Part shown: piece by piece, positions 1 to 10,388 of the stretch
How positions within the stretch are numbered: position 1 is the first letter of the stretch
How the letters are laid out: each line of letters begins with the position of its first letter
DNA from: a virus
IMG/VR virus record: IMGVR_UViG_3300045988_183127
Length of the DNA: 64,000 nucleotides
Direction: 5' to 3' (one strand)
Notes under the pieces: generated by a model
What the model saw: only the letters and a program-made list of their open reading frames with translations
Database searches by the model: none
Told to the model about the DNA's origin: nothing
Made by a program: the position numbers and the translations under genes

Positions 1-345
1 ATTTGTCTTATCCTGTGATACCGTTGCAGTAATATCGCTTTTACCTTCTGCATTTTTTATAGCAAAGCTTGTATCTGGTATTACTGTTACCTGCTCATTT
101 CCATATATATCTCCTGTTACTGAGACTGTATACTCTGCAGTTCCATTAGAACCTAATGTTATTGTTTTGGGAATAGATACACTAAATGTACTTGGTTTGT
201 CATAGTTTACTGTTGCTGTCTGCTCCCCAGTATTTGTTATTGACTGTGTAGTATCTTCGGCAAATGTGGTTACACTCATGCCTAATACAGCCGTCATACA
301 TGCTGTCCCAATTAATAATTTCTTAAGAATTGTTTTCTTAATCAT
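1..345 (-). CDS. secreted protein, N-terminal part (gene runs off the window start)
   Basis: ATG at 345-343 preceded by GGAGG SD; signal-peptide-like N-terminus MIKKTILKKLLIGTACMTAVLGMSVTTFAED; no stop before position 1. Confidence 0.55.
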   Translation of the reverse strand, partial: MIKKTILKKLLIGTACMTAVLGMSVTTFAEDTTQSITNTGEQTATVNYDKPSTFSVSIPKTITLGSNGTAEYTVSVTGDIYGNEQVTVIPDTSFAIKNAEGKSDITATVSQDKTN

Positions 346-375
346 ATTTGTTCCTCCTTCTAAATTACTTTAAAT

Positions 376-897
376 CTATTTTACAGTGCATATTATTGTC
401 TGCGTAGCACCATTGCAACTTTCATGTGTTTCTATGTCATAGGTATTAATTTTAATTGTTAAACTATGTTCTCCAGTACTTAAAATATCCTTCAAGTTAA
501 TATCTGTCATATTGCCAGGCTTAATCGCTTTAGTTGCTGCAATCTGTTCATTGTTCTCATATATTGTATATACAAGATATACAGTGTTTTCTTCTGGATT
601 AATAAGACTGAGATTCATATTTTTATCTGAAATTGTAATATCTGAATAGCCTGGGATTGAAATTGTGTCAGTATTTTTTCCTTTTTGATTATTAGAATCT
701 ATTTTCTTATCCTGTTCTATTTCAAGGTCGTTGTATTTTTTCTGCTGAGGAGATGTATTACAACTTTTAAATAGTAATAACAACATCATTAAAATTAAAA
801 TAATGATCAGCCCGATAATAATTCTATTCTTGTTACTTTCTTTTTCTTCGTATTTATTCTTTTTTGCTTTTTTATTTGTTCTATTTATTATTTGCAT
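376..897 (-). CDS. membrane-anchored hypothetical protein
   Basis: 173-aa ORF, basic N-terminus then hydrophobic segment IIGLIIILILMMLLLLF; SD-like AAAGGCGGA upstream. Confidence 0.5.
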   Translation of the reverse strand: MQIINRTNKKAKKNKYEEKESNKNRIIIGLIIILILMMLLLLFKSCNTSPQQKKYNDLEIEQDKKIDSNNQKGKNTDTISIPGYSDITISDKNMNLSLINPEENTVYLVYTIYENNEQIAATKAIKPGNMTDINLKDILSTGEHSLTIKINTYDIETHESCNGATQTIICTVK

Positions 898-937
898 TTT
901 TATAATCCGCCTTTCTAATTTTGTTAATTGTCATTAA

Positions 938-1207
938 TTAATTTTTTTCTTCTATAACCTGATATGAAATTAGTAATGTGTTATCATCTAATAAGGCTTC
1001 AGCTTTTTTATTATTTGTTACTGTTTTATTATATTTTTTATTATCAATCTGAGTTCGATTATTATCTAAAACAGTACTTTCCTCTGTAACTATATTAATT
1101 GGTTGTACACTATTATTAAATAATCCACATCCTGATAACAACAGGCAAATTGCCGGAAAACAATAAAACATTTTTTTGTTTCTTTTTAATAATTGTATTT
1201 TACTCAT
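938..1207 (-). CDS. putative small lipoprotein
   Basis: 89-aa ORF with lipobox-like LLLSGCG after hydrophobic N-terminus; TTCTGTCATA box 39 nt upstream. Confidence 0.5.
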   Translation of the reverse strand: MSKIQLLKRNKKMFYCFPAICLLLSGCGLFNNSVQPINIVTEESTVLDNNRTQIDNKKYNKTVTNNKKAEALLDDNTLLISYQVIEEKN

Positions 1208-1898
1208 TTTTATTTCCTTTCTTATTTATATTTTTCATTTATTAATATGACAGAATAAAAAAATATTTTAATTTTTTATTCAGAATTTTAAATCATTAAA
1301 ATTAATATGACAGAATTTCAAATTAAATTTTTGACATAAAAAGCATATATCATTAAATGTGCTGTTTATAATTTTAAGTAATATCAGTAATCCTGCCGAA
1401 GTTTTAAATTACTAATTTATGGTTTGATAGGAAATCTATATGTAAAAAAATAAGCATATGGTCTGATATCCAAACAGAAGTATCTGAATGTCAGAGAAAA
1501 ACATAAAATACCCTGTTAACATTAAGAGCTATACATGTGTTTAGCAGTTTAATGTAACAGGGTATGGATTCAATCATCTTCTATACAAAAATCAGATTAT
1601 ATTTAGTTTTAATGTGGTATGTCAGGATATAAATTCTAAAGTGCAAATTTAATACTATATTGGATAGCTGATAAAATTATGCTGAGTACAAGGTATAAGT
1701 GGATCTTCAAAGGTTTAGCTTCTTAATACATTCAATACAAATATCTAAAATTTCATTTTTAATAACTTTCCATTCTTCTTCAGTTTTAATGTCATATTCT
1801 TCAAAGCCATAAGTTTCAATATTTTCGATTGTTCTTTTCTTGCTTTCTTTGAGAAGAAATTCGTTCCTGCTCCTATGGTAGATTTTATTTTACTGTAA

Positions 1899-2243
1899 TT
1901 AATAATCCTCATCGTAATCAAAAATTTCTTCCTGCTCATAAATATTTGGATTAGGATTTAATAATTGATATACAAGTGTTTTCTCTTGTAGGTCACATAA
2001 TGCGTCAATAGGATCAACTCCTCTTAGAATATCTCGCTTAAATTCTAAATCAGCTATTGAATCTTCAAAACTATATCCATCAGAATCATCAGAATATCCT
2101 TTATGGAATTTTGCATTTGCCATTTCAACACTCATTTTTCCTATTTCTTTTTTATAATTATTCAAATCATGAAATTCTTTATCTGTCATAACGATCATCC
2201 TTTCTTTTAGAATTAAGAATAAAATCATTTGTTGCTTTTTCAA
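1899..2243 (-). CDS. hypothetical acidic protein
   Basis: 114-aa ORF, no recognisable motifs. Confidence 0.4.
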   Translation of the reverse strand: MKKQQMILFLILKERMIVMTDKEFHDLNNYKKEIGKMSVEMANAKFHKGYSDDSDGYSFEDSIADLEFKRDILRGVDPIDALCDLQEKTLVYQLLNPNPNIYEQEEIFDYDEDY

Positions 2244-2761
2244 TACATGTATTTTATAGGAACATACAAAATTATATTTAATGTATTTTTGTCATAAGTT
2301 AAATCAAAGTTATCTGATTCAGAATATGTTATTTCACTTAAAGGTAACTTATATTCAGAATATATGCTGCTATTTTTTTTAAAATAAAAAAGCTCTGTAA
2401 AATCTGATTGAAAATATACTTCTTTATTTATGTCTATTTCTTGAATAACCTTTTTTAAAGCTATTATTTTATCCCAATATTCTGAATTTTTAATACCTAT
2501 AACAGTGGAATCAATGTCTTTGCTGATACATATAAATAAACTTAAATATATAAAAACACTAAAACCTATTAATGCAATTATTGAAATAAATGTAAGTTTT
2601 ATAATCAAGCTTATAATTCTTAAAATAAAACATATAAGAATACCTGCTAAAACAATTTTAGTTATTCGTTTTTTTGATAAAGATTTATTAATATTTTCAT
2701 CAGTCGCATTATCAAAATTAATATTCAAATATTCGTTATGTGTTTTTAATTTTAAATTCAT
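2240..2761 (-). CDS. hypothetical membrane protein
   Basis: 173-aa ORF with two hydrophobic helices; start overlaps previous stop. Confidence 0.45.
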   Translation of the reverse strand: MNLKLKTHNEYLNINFDNATDENINKSLSKKRITKIVLAGILICFILRIISLIIKLTFISIIALIGFSVFIYLSLFICISKDIDSTVIGIKNSEYWDKIIALKKVIQEIDINKEVYFQSDFTELFYFKKNSSIYSEYKLPLSEITYSESDNFDLTYDKNTLNIILYVPIKYMY

Positions 2762-2854
2762 ACCTTATTCTCCTACTATTAATGATTCTTTATTAATTTT
2801 GTCTTTTTGATTTTTTATATCAGTATCATCAAATGTATCAAAATTTTTCCTTTT

Positions 2855-2968
2855 TCTTTATTTGATATTTTGAATTAAAGAACAACCATCAATATCAAAA
2901 ACAACTGTTTTATTTTTTTTCTCAACTGGCAAAATAAATCGTCTCTGTTATCCCCAAATTTATCCCTA
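2855..2968 (-). pseudogene. frameshifted remnant of a paralog of the C-terminus of the 3398..4072 gene
   Basis: reverse strand translates DKFGDNRDDLFCQLRKKIKQ / (frame change) KTVVFDIDGCSLIQNIK*, matching RFRDDRDDLFQLKKGKTVTFDIDKGSLIQDIK* of 3398..4072; ~110 nt nucleotide similarity to 3398-3510. Confidence 0.45.
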
Positions 2969-3382
2969 CTATAAATTAAGATTAATTTCCTTTTCTATTG
3001 TATTTTTAGGAACGTACAGCTTAATTTCTTTAATTCCTAATGAAGTCTTCTTTATCTCTGCATAAGCCTGTTCATCATTGTTTAATGTATCATAGATTGT
3101 TACTTTATCTCTGTTCATCTTGAAATACTTCTTACCATCGTCTTCTGTAATCCGATAAGCTGTTATGTATTCCTGTGAATCAATATTTCCCGAACCTAAT
3201 ACAAATGAGCCTTCATATTCTTTATCCGTGCTGATACTGTAAAGCTGGGCTTCTTCTGTGGTTTCTTTTGAAAATTTCTTAATTTCATATCTAAGCCCAA
3301 GCTGCAATGCTGTTATAATCGAAATAAGTGTAATACTAAATGTTAAACATATAACTAAATTAAAAATTTTATCTCTATTCAT
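2969..3382 (-). CDS. hypothetical protein with N-terminal signal anchor
   Basis: 137-aa ORF; hydrophobic N-terminus LVICLTFSITLISIITALQLGL. Confidence 0.5.
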   Translation of the reverse strand: MNRDKIFNLVICLTFSITLISIITALQLGLRYEIKKFSKETTEEAQLYSISTDKEYEGSFVLGSGNIDSQEYITAYRITEDDGKKYFKMNRDKVTIYDTLNNDEQAYAEIKKTSLGIKEIKLYVPKNTIEKEINLNL

Positions 3383-3397
3383 CTTATATGCTCCTTT

Positions 3398-4072
3398 TTA
3401 TTTGATATCCTGAATCAAAGAACCTTTATCTATATCAAAAGTTACTGTTTTGCCTTTCTTTAACTGAAATAAATCATCTCTGTCATCCCTAAATCTAAAT
3501 GGGAAATAATCATAACTTTCTATTTCATTCCTGATAAGATAATCTTTATTAAGCTTAAATGGCTTATCCCATATTTCCTTTACTGTTTTTATTATCATTT
3601 TCATATCATTTACTGAAAAGGTTATACTGCCATCAAAATACTTCATCTGTTTTGTAAGATAATCTGTATAGCTTTCAGGAGTATCTTTAAATAATCCTGC
3701 ATTTATAGCTTCTTTAACTTCATCTACTGTAAGAGGTAGATATGTATATCGTTTTACGGCTATTATATGTGTTATTCCGGTTACTATTGCTATTACAATT
3801 ACGCCTATAATAGCAAAAGCAATTAACAGCATGAAAATTACGCCAAATAGATACATGCCACCTATGGCTGTTTTTATCAAAAATATTGTAAACTTACTGC
3901 TTACATCTTCTATATACGGATTTATTTCTTCCCCATTATTTATGTATAGCAGTATCAGATTTCCTACAATTATAGATAAAGCAATGTATATCATAATTGC
4001 TCCGACTACTATTGCTCCTGTACATTCATCTAAAAAAACTTTCCAAAATGATTTCTTTTTCTTAAACTTCAT
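3398..4072 (-). CDS. hypothetical membrane protein
   Basis: 224-aa ORF, 3 predicted TM helices in N-terminal half. Confidence 0.5.
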   Translation of the reverse strand: MKFKKKKSFWKVFLDECTGAIVVGAIMIYIALSIIVGNLILLYINNGEEINPYIEDVSSKFTIFLIKTAIGGMYLFGVIFMLLIAFAIIGVIVIAIVTGITHIIAVKRYTYLPLTVDEVKEAINAGLFKDTPESYTDYLTKQMKYFDGSITFSVNDMKMIIKTVKEIWDKPFKLNKDYLIRNEIESYDYFPFRFRDDRDDLFQLKKGKTVTFDIDKGSLIQDIK

Positions 4073-4075
4073 AAC

Positions 4076-4381
4076 TTATCTCCTTTTTAGTATTGGTTTA
4101 TATACCTTAAAATCTGTCTCTTCTGTAATAAGAAATCCATCCTTATAAAATTCCTTATACTTAAGTGACTTTAAAAATGCCATCTGCTCTTCCCTTGATA
4201 ACTGCTTCTTAAAGGTAATAATCTCATCATGGCTGCAATCAGTACACTGCTCAATAAGACTATATAGAAATGACTTCTCTTTTACTCTGTCAATTAAATC
4301 AATAGTTGATTTAAACAGCATTATTACCATAAAAGTTACAACAAACGAAAGTATAATAATCTTCATAAATAGCCCCCTCAT
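4076..4381 (-). CDS. small membrane-anchored protein
   Basis: 101-aa ORF, N-terminal TM; 3-nt gap to upstream gene (operon). Confidence 0.4.
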   Translation of the reverse strand: MRGLFMKIIILSFVVTFMVIMLFKSTIDLIDRVKEKSFLYSLIEQCTDCSHDEIITFKKQLSREEQMAFLKSLKYKEFYKDGFLITEETDFKVYKPILKRR

Positions 4382-4517
4382 TTATTATCTTCTATCAAAA
4401 TAGTGTAAAATCCACACTATTTTATATTTAAGTAGTGTAAATGTATTAACTTAAATTAAAGAAAAATCATTATATATTATAATTTTTTTATCATATTTTT
4501 AATAACCGCCATGCTGT

Positions 4518-4763
4518 TCAATATATTTCATTAATTCGGGCGAAAATAAACACAGTCCTCTTATCCCGCTTCTTTTTTATCTTCTCATATTTTTGCATGT
4601 TAAGGATCTTACCGGCCTTATTTACATAGAATGAATTATCAGAAGTAAAATTATTACAGTCTGATGTAAACCATTCCCCGGATTTATCTTTAAAAATATA
4701 TCCCCAATATCCGGTTCGCTGTGCTATTTCTCTTGCCTCTTTCCTTGCTTCTTTAAATGTCAT
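4518..4763 (-). CDS. hypothetical protein
   Basis: 81-aa ORF; start overlaps stop of upstream small ORF (TAATG). Confidence 0.45.
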   Translation of the reverse strand: MTFKEARKEAREIAQRTGYWGYIFKDKSGEWFTSDCNNFTSDNSFYVNKAGKILNMQKYEKIKKKRDKRTVFIFARINEIY

Positions 4764-4936
4764 TATTTTTCTCCTAAAAAAGACATATCCAAATTCTTTA
4801 TATCAGCTTCATACCCATTAGGAATATTCCTTAAGGTTATATTCTTAGATATTTCTTTTAATTTTGTCTGCTGTTTTTCATCCGGATGTCGCATTGATTC
4901 AAGAAACCCAACAACATCATTTTCTGTAAGCTTCAT
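4763..4936 (-). CDS. small hypothetical protein (57 aa)
   Basis: ATG 4936 with SD-like GGAGAG; MKLTENDVVGFLESMRHPDEKQQTKLKEISKNITLRNIPNGYEADIKNLDMSFLGEK; translationally coupled to 4518..4763. Confidence 0.3.
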   Translation of the reverse strand: MKLTENDVVGFLESMRHPDEKQQTKLKEISKNITLRNIPNGYEADIKNLDMSFLGEK

Positions 4937-4987
4937 ATAAACTCTCCATAGTCAATTATCATATAAAATAGTCTTTATTGTCTTTTC

Positions 4988-5158
4988 TTAAAAAGCTGCC
5001 TTTTACCTTGTTAATATCAGCCATTTAGCCCATATTGGTATGTCAGAGCTACATATTATATAAACATAAAAAAATATAATAAGAGCTATAATAATGGTTA
5101 TTCCTAATGCTGGTAACATACTTTTAATTTTCTTTATTCTGTAATTTTTCTGTTTCAT
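4988..5158 (-). CDS. small membrane peptide (56 aa)
   Basis: ATG overlaps stop of 5155..5670 (ATGA); MKQKNYRIKKIKSMLPALGITIIIALIIFFYVYIICSSDIPIWAKWLILTR. Confidence 0.3.
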
Positions 5159-5670
5159 AGTTTTATCTCTTTTCTAAGGATTGGTTCATACTCTGCTAAT
5201 TCTTCATCATTCTCAATTAAAGGTACTTTCTGTATTACTGTCTTGGTTGTAATAACCTTATTACCGTTCTCATCAGTGGACTCTTCCTTTTCCGTTGATT
5301 CTACAGTTGTAATAACAGACTTTAGAAAAGCAATCTGTTCATTACGGCTCATATGTCTGAATTTCTTTAAATCATCCTGTGATATATCATCAAGCAAACA
5401 ATCATAAAGAATTTCTTTTTCATGTTCTTTCTCAAAAAATTTTGTAAAAGCTATCCATATAAGAGCCGTTACACTGACTAACAAGGTTATCACTGTAACT
5501 ATAGAATTTTTAAGACTTGCATTAACAACTACCGGTAATATTCCCATAAGCAAGGACATAAACGCCTTATCCATAAGAGTCATATCGTATATGTTTGCAG
5601 TCACAAAATAAAAACTAAGCATAATCAATGAAACAACAAAGACTACATTTATTAATATAGTTATAATCAT
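5155..5670 (-). CDS. hypothetical membrane protein
   Basis: 171-aa ORF; N-terminal ~80 aa hydrophobic. Confidence 0.5.
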   Translation of the reverse strand: MIITILINVVFVVSLIMLSFYFVTANIYDMTLMDKAFMSLLMGILPVVVNASLKNSIVTVITLLVSVTALIWIAFTKFFEKEHEKEILYDCLLDDISQDDLKKFRHMSRNEQIAFLKSVITTVESTEKEESTDENGNKVITTKTVIQKVPLIENDEELAEYEPILRKEIKL

Positions 5671-5708
5671 CTTTCTCTTTCCTTTCTGTTTTATATATAT
5701 TGTATTGT

Positions 5709-6644
5709 TTATTCTATTTTATTTAATTCACCTGATTCTTTGTTAAATATAAATATATCTGAACTCAGATAATCTTCTTCTTCCTGAATACCAAATATCT
5801 TTAATGCTATTTGAATTTCTTCAGGAGTAAATTCATCGTATTTACATATCAACAAAATATGTGCTGTAACAGGAACAATGTATAAATTTGTTTTCAGTTT
5901 CTCTGAAATATTCTTAAGCAAATTATTATTCAAAATTGCACTTGTATTATAAAAGTCAATTATATTTTGAATTGCATATATTCCTTTAATACATTTGCTC
6001 TCAAACCCGTCAGAATTACTTAGAAAATATAATTCTTTCTTTGTTTTTTCATAATTATCATCATCTGCCAGTTGTGTCAAAAAATAATCACCTAATACAC
6101 TGATAAAATATTTGTTGGAATATATTGAATGAATTGCAAGATTGTACAATTCGTTTTCATTAATTTTCAGTATGTTCCTCATATAGTTATTATCAATTAC
6201 AAACATTGTACCTTCTGAATTTTCTTTAGGTATGATCACATTATAAATTATTTCGAACTCATAAAATGGCCTATGAGGAATACCGCTTAAATTTTCCATA
6301 TTGTCCGGCTTTTGTATTAATTGAGGCATAATATAGTGTTTTATATCATTTAAATTAATTTCTGGAGTTAAATTATTAAGTTTATATTCACTACCATTAG
6401 AATTTTCGTTTCTATAAAATGCTTCAGATATTGACAATGCAATTTCTTCTATTGACGAATTATTTAAATATTGTTTATATAATTGATTTAATTTAAATTC
6501 TAAGGGACACATAAACTGATTTTTAGAATGAAAAATAAGCTTATCTGATGTGTAAACTATATCTGTTGGTGTAATATCTTCAATATTTTGAAGTAATTCG
6601 AATTTAAGATGTTTAAGAAAATCTTTATAATTCATTTTTTGCAT
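5709..6644 (-). CDS. hypothetical protein
   Basis: 311-aa ORF; TTCTGTCATA box 38 nt upstream. Confidence 0.5.
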   Translation of the reverse strand: MQKMNYKDFLKHLKFELLQNIEDITPTDIVYTSDKLIFHSKNQFMCPLEFKLNQLYKQYLNNSSIEEIALSISEAFYRNENSNGSEYKLNNLTPEINLNDIKHYIMPQLIQKPDNMENLSGIPHRPFYEFEIIYNVIIPKENSEGTMFVIDNNYMRNILKINENELYNLAIHSIYSNKYFISVLGDYFLTQLADDDNYEKTKKELYFLSNSDGFESKCIKGIYAIQNIIDFYNTSAILNNNLLKNISEKLKTNLYIVPVTAHILLICKYDEFTPEEIQIALKIFGIQEEEDYLSSDIFIFNKESGELNKIE

Positions 6645-6842
6645 ATAATTAGTTCTCCTTTTGTTTAGTTATATTTTTAATATGACAGAAAAAATGAATC
6701 ATTATTTTACATAAAATAATTGATGTGTGTTAAAATAAGACAGCAACTAAATGTAAATGCCTTTTATTTATTAAAATATCCCGTTTTTGTGTTCTTCTAA
6801 GCACTTTATTGGGTATACTATGCCTTCACTTGTAAAAAAATA

Positions 6843-7097
6843 ATAACAATATATTGTACGTTTATTGTTATATATTAGTTTAATATGTTAACTTTATTAA
6901 CAATATATAGTTATTTAAGATTTATTAAAATATAGCTAAGATACAAAAATAATAACAATATATAGATATAAAATATGGTTTAATATACATTAAAATTAAC
7001 ATCATTATGTTATAGAATAGAATAACTTGTGCAATAAAATTAACAATATATAGCTAAATATTTAATATATAAATGTAATAATAATAACAATATGTAG
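6843..7097. repeat. iteron-like direct repeat array, 5 copies of AATAACAATATATAG
   Basis: copies at 6843, 6896, 6951, 7039, 7083 inside a 1.3-kb non-coding AT-rich region. Confidence 0.6.
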
Positions 7098-7924
7098 TAA
7101 TGTATTATCCGTTGCATAGCCAATAAAATGCCTTATATGTGTCAGAATAATACCATGATGTAGTTATCATATGCTGATTTAAGAGATAAAAAATGTTAAT
7201 TTGATAACATATAATTGGTAATATTAGCAATTATATATGGATTAATTGGGTACAATAGACTGTATGATTAGTGAGGAAAATAAATATAACTGATTAATGG
7301 GATATAATTATTATTTACTAAAGTTAATTAATGGAATTACTGGAAACATATATAGGAATGATAGAGTAAAGGAAATAGATCTAAGAGCAAATAAGAAAGA
7401 ATTAGTGTATATGAATGCATCTATTGAGACAGAAATGGGATTATTGGGTTTACTAAGGCATTTGCAGGGCGAAGAATAGATTTACAGGAATCTAGTAATC
7501 ATAATTTTTGTAATTATCATATATTATATATGAGGGGATTATATTATTTATTAGTGTATTAAAGGCATTAATTGGGATAAATGAAGTGCTTGCTAGAGAC
7601 AGGTAAGGAATTGCCAGGGAAATAAACACAAGATGTATTAAGCTGATAAATGATATTGTATAAGGATATAACAATAATAGTTATACGCTTTTAATCCTTA
7701 ATAATATTCTGGCGGTTATCATATTAAGTCTTAAAACGCTATTAAGAAATAATCAAATGTATTATATAAGGCTCTAATTTTTATATTTTAATAATAAAAA
7801 GCGTATCAATGAAAAAGAAAATAATAGAAGGGCTTTGAAGAAGGTGTATGACATATTACACTTAAAGGAAGTGTAATCATAAAAAAATACAGCTACCTAT
7901 TGATAACTGCATTTTATTTATATA

Positions 7925-8953
7925 TTACATAAAAGATTGTATACTATATCCTTTCCGTCTGAAACGAACTCTAATCTTTTTTATTGCTTTTGATTCAATC
8001 TGTCTGATTCGTTCTCTGGAAACATTCCATTCAGTACCTATATCTTTTAAAGTTTTAACCTTTGAACCATATCCCATTCTACTCTTAATTACATATAATT
8101 CTCTAGGAGTGAGACAATCTTCAACTTCTTTCCAAAGCAGTTCATTCATTTCTTTTTGAATAATCGTATCTTCAACTTTAGGTTCAGGAGCTTCTATATA
8201 ATCAGCCAAACACGAATCGTCATGGCCTTCGTCACTTTGAATAGGTGCATCTAATGAAACCAATTCATTAAAGCTCTGAATATGTACAAGCATTTCTTTA
8301 GTTAAAAGAGGATATCTTTGTTTTACTACATCATATAATTCATCAATTGTAGGTTTTCTTTGAAGTTTATTAGTTAAATCCACAAATGTAGTCTTAACAA
8401 AAGAATCCTGCTCTCTTACATGTACAGGGAATCTAACTAATAAATCATAATTGGCTAATTCTCTATATATACTCTGTCTAATCCAATGAGTTGCATAAGT
8501 TGAAAATGCATATCCTAATTTATAATCAAACATTTGTATAGCTCTGTATAACCCGAAAATACCGGCCTGACATAAATCATCCATTTCAAAACTTTGCGTT
8601 TTAGCTGTAACAGCTTTAGCAATACTGATGACTAAACGCATATTAGATAAAATCAATTTTTCGGTTATTTCTTTTTTCTTTTTAGGATGTTTTTTTATCT
8701 CTTCAAATAATTTAAGAGTTTCATCTTTGGATAAAACCGGATAATCAGCGAATGATTTAATATAATAAGTTATATTATTTTCTAATAATAGTTTCTCTTT
8801 TTCATTTAAAATCTCTTTATCATTTAAAATATCGGTATAATTATCCTCTGATAAAATATTTATGTTTTCTATTGGTTTATTTGTATCAAATAATTCATCA
8901 ATATATTCATCTTTATTGTTTTTTTTATTTAATAATAAATTCTTATCTGCCAT
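7925..8953 (-). CDS. sigma-70 family RNA polymerase sigma factor
   Basis: region 2 LCQAGIFGLYRAIQMFDYKLGYAFSTYATHWIRQSI and region 4 HTH TLKDIGTEWNVSRERIRQIESKAIKKIR; acidic N-terminus; SD AAGAGGAG. Confidence 0.8.
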   Translation of the reverse strand: MADKNLLLNKKNNKDEYIDELFDTNKPIENINILSEDNYTDILNDKEILNEKEKLLLENNITYYIKSFADYPVLSKDETLKLFEEIKKHPKKKKEITEKLILSNMRLVISIAKAVTAKTQSFEMDDLCQAGIFGLYRAIQMFDYKLGYAFSTYATHWIRQSIYRELANYDLLVRFPVHVREQDSFVKTTFVDLTNKLQRKPTIDELYDVVKQRYPLLTKEMLVHIQSFNELVSLDAPIQSDEGHDDSCLADYIEAPEPKVEDTIIQKEMNELLWKEVEDCLTPRELYVIKSRMGYGSKVKTLKDIGTEWNVSRERIRQIESKAIKKIRVRFRRKGYSIQSFM

Positions 8954-8965
8954 AAAAATCTCCTC

Positions 8966-9361
8966 TTAACATTGATGTCCTAGCATTTTTAATTCATTAT
9001 TTGCTTCTATTTTCATTGTACATATTCTACTAATTGCATTATATGTAAATTTAGATTGCTCTTCAAAGGTTCCTAATATATCTCGTTTAATCATAAGCTC
9101 TTTACATTTATCTGAAGACTCTTTGTGTAATTTCATTTCTTTTACCATTGAATCTAAAATAGAATGCATTGAGGAAAAATAGGTAAAATAATTTCCTACT
9201 TCACTCAATAAATTTCCTATTTCCAATAAATCTATTTCATCTGATCTAGGAATTTCTTTCTTAAAATTAATTAAATACCATTCATATAAATCCGTTGAAG
9301 AAGCTTCAAGGATATCACTTATAGACTTATTTTTTAATTCATTATTCATATTTGTTTCCAT
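8966..9361 (-). CDS. hypothetical protein (operon mate of sigma factor)
   Basis: 131-aa ORF, 12-nt gap to sigma gene. Confidence 0.45.
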   Translation of the reverse strand: METNMNNELKNKSISDILEASSTDLYEWYLINFKKEIPRSDEIDLLEIGNLLSEVGNYFTYFSSMHSILDSMVKEMKLHKESSDKCKELMIKRDILGTFEEQSKFTYNAISRICTMKIEANNELKMLGHQC

Positions 9362-9364
9362 AAA

Positions 9365-10276
9365 TTATTGCTCCTTAATTTCTATATTGATATTTTCAAA
9401 ACACTTAATTACAAAATAAATTAAACTCATTATGCAGACTATTAAAATGCATACCTGTAAATATATATTTGTTATAAAAAACGTAAATGGTATTAATGCC
9501 ACACAGTTTATTAGAATATGATATAAGCTGCTAAGTTTAATACCATATTTATCTCTTACAGCACCTAACAAATATCCGCCAAAAGCATATATAGGGAATA
9601 AAATAAAATTAAAATGAATTATTCCAAATAAAACTGCTTGGATTATATTTGCACATAATTTATTGTTGCTTGCTTTATATGCATAGCCATAAATTATATA
9701 TCTAAAAGTCAATTCCTCAATAATAGGTGCCACAAAAGTTGCTATTATTGTAGATATAATTGTTTTTATTCCTAAACTTCCATAATCAATATCTGATACA
9801 TTTACAAAATGCATTTGAATTCCTGAAATAAGCTGCAATATTACAGAAGTTAATATGAAACAAAATACAAAATTCCAATTTACTACTAATTTATTTTTCA
9901 TAAACAAATCTTTTTTATAATTGTAAAATGAGCTTTTTATACAAATAATGCACATAACAAACATTAATGTATATGTTGATATTGTATAAATTAATCGAAA
10001 TCCTTCATAATCTATTTTAGTTGAAATTCCTCCTGCATCATTCATATACATATTTAATAGACTGTCTATAAATGTTGCAATAAACATTGAAAATAAAATT
10101 ATAAAAACAGAAATAATAAATGGAATAAAAATCTTTATATACTGTTTTGATTTTGAAAAGAAAGAATTACTTTTCATTTTGTTTTTTACCATAAAATCCA
10201 TATAAGAATTTAAATCATGCTTATTTTTTTTATTTCTTAATTCCTTAATATTACTGTTATTGTTACTAAGTATCAT
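9365..10276 (-). CDS. CPBP (CAAX/Abi) family intramembrane metalloprotease
   Basis: multi-TM; motifs EELTFRY, FGIIHF, HILIN. Confidence 0.7.
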   Translation of the reverse strand: MILSNNNSNIKELRNKKNKHDLNSYMDFMVKNKMKSNSFFSKSKQYIKIFIPFIISVFIILFSMFIATFIDSLLNMYMNDAGGISTKIDYEGFRLIYTISTYTLMFVMCIICIKSSFYNYKKDLFMKNKLVVNWNFVFCFILTSVILQLISGIQMHFVNVSDIDYGSLGIKTIISTIIATFVAPIIEELTFRYIIYGYAYKASNNKLCANIIQAVLFGIIHFNFILFPIYAFGGYLLGAVRDKYGIKLSSLYHILINCVALIPFTFFITNIYLQVCILIVCIMSLIYFVIKCFENINIEIKEQ

Positions 10277-10305
10277 ATATTTTCCTCCAACCTTTCTAAT
10301 ATATA

Positions 10306-10315
10306 TATGACAGAT
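10306..10315 (-). promoter_or_regulatory. TCTGTCATAT box (representative type B with second element TTTTTATGTAAA 16-17 nt upstream on the gene strand)
   Basis: 31 nt upstream of CPBP gene start; distal element at 10327-10340 preceded by hairpin TACCGCTG...CAGCGGTA. Confidence 0.6.
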
Positions 10316-10388
10316 ACAATTTTAAAAATCTTTACATAAAAAAATACCGCTGCAATAAACAGCGGTAAAACATAAAATAAATATTAAA

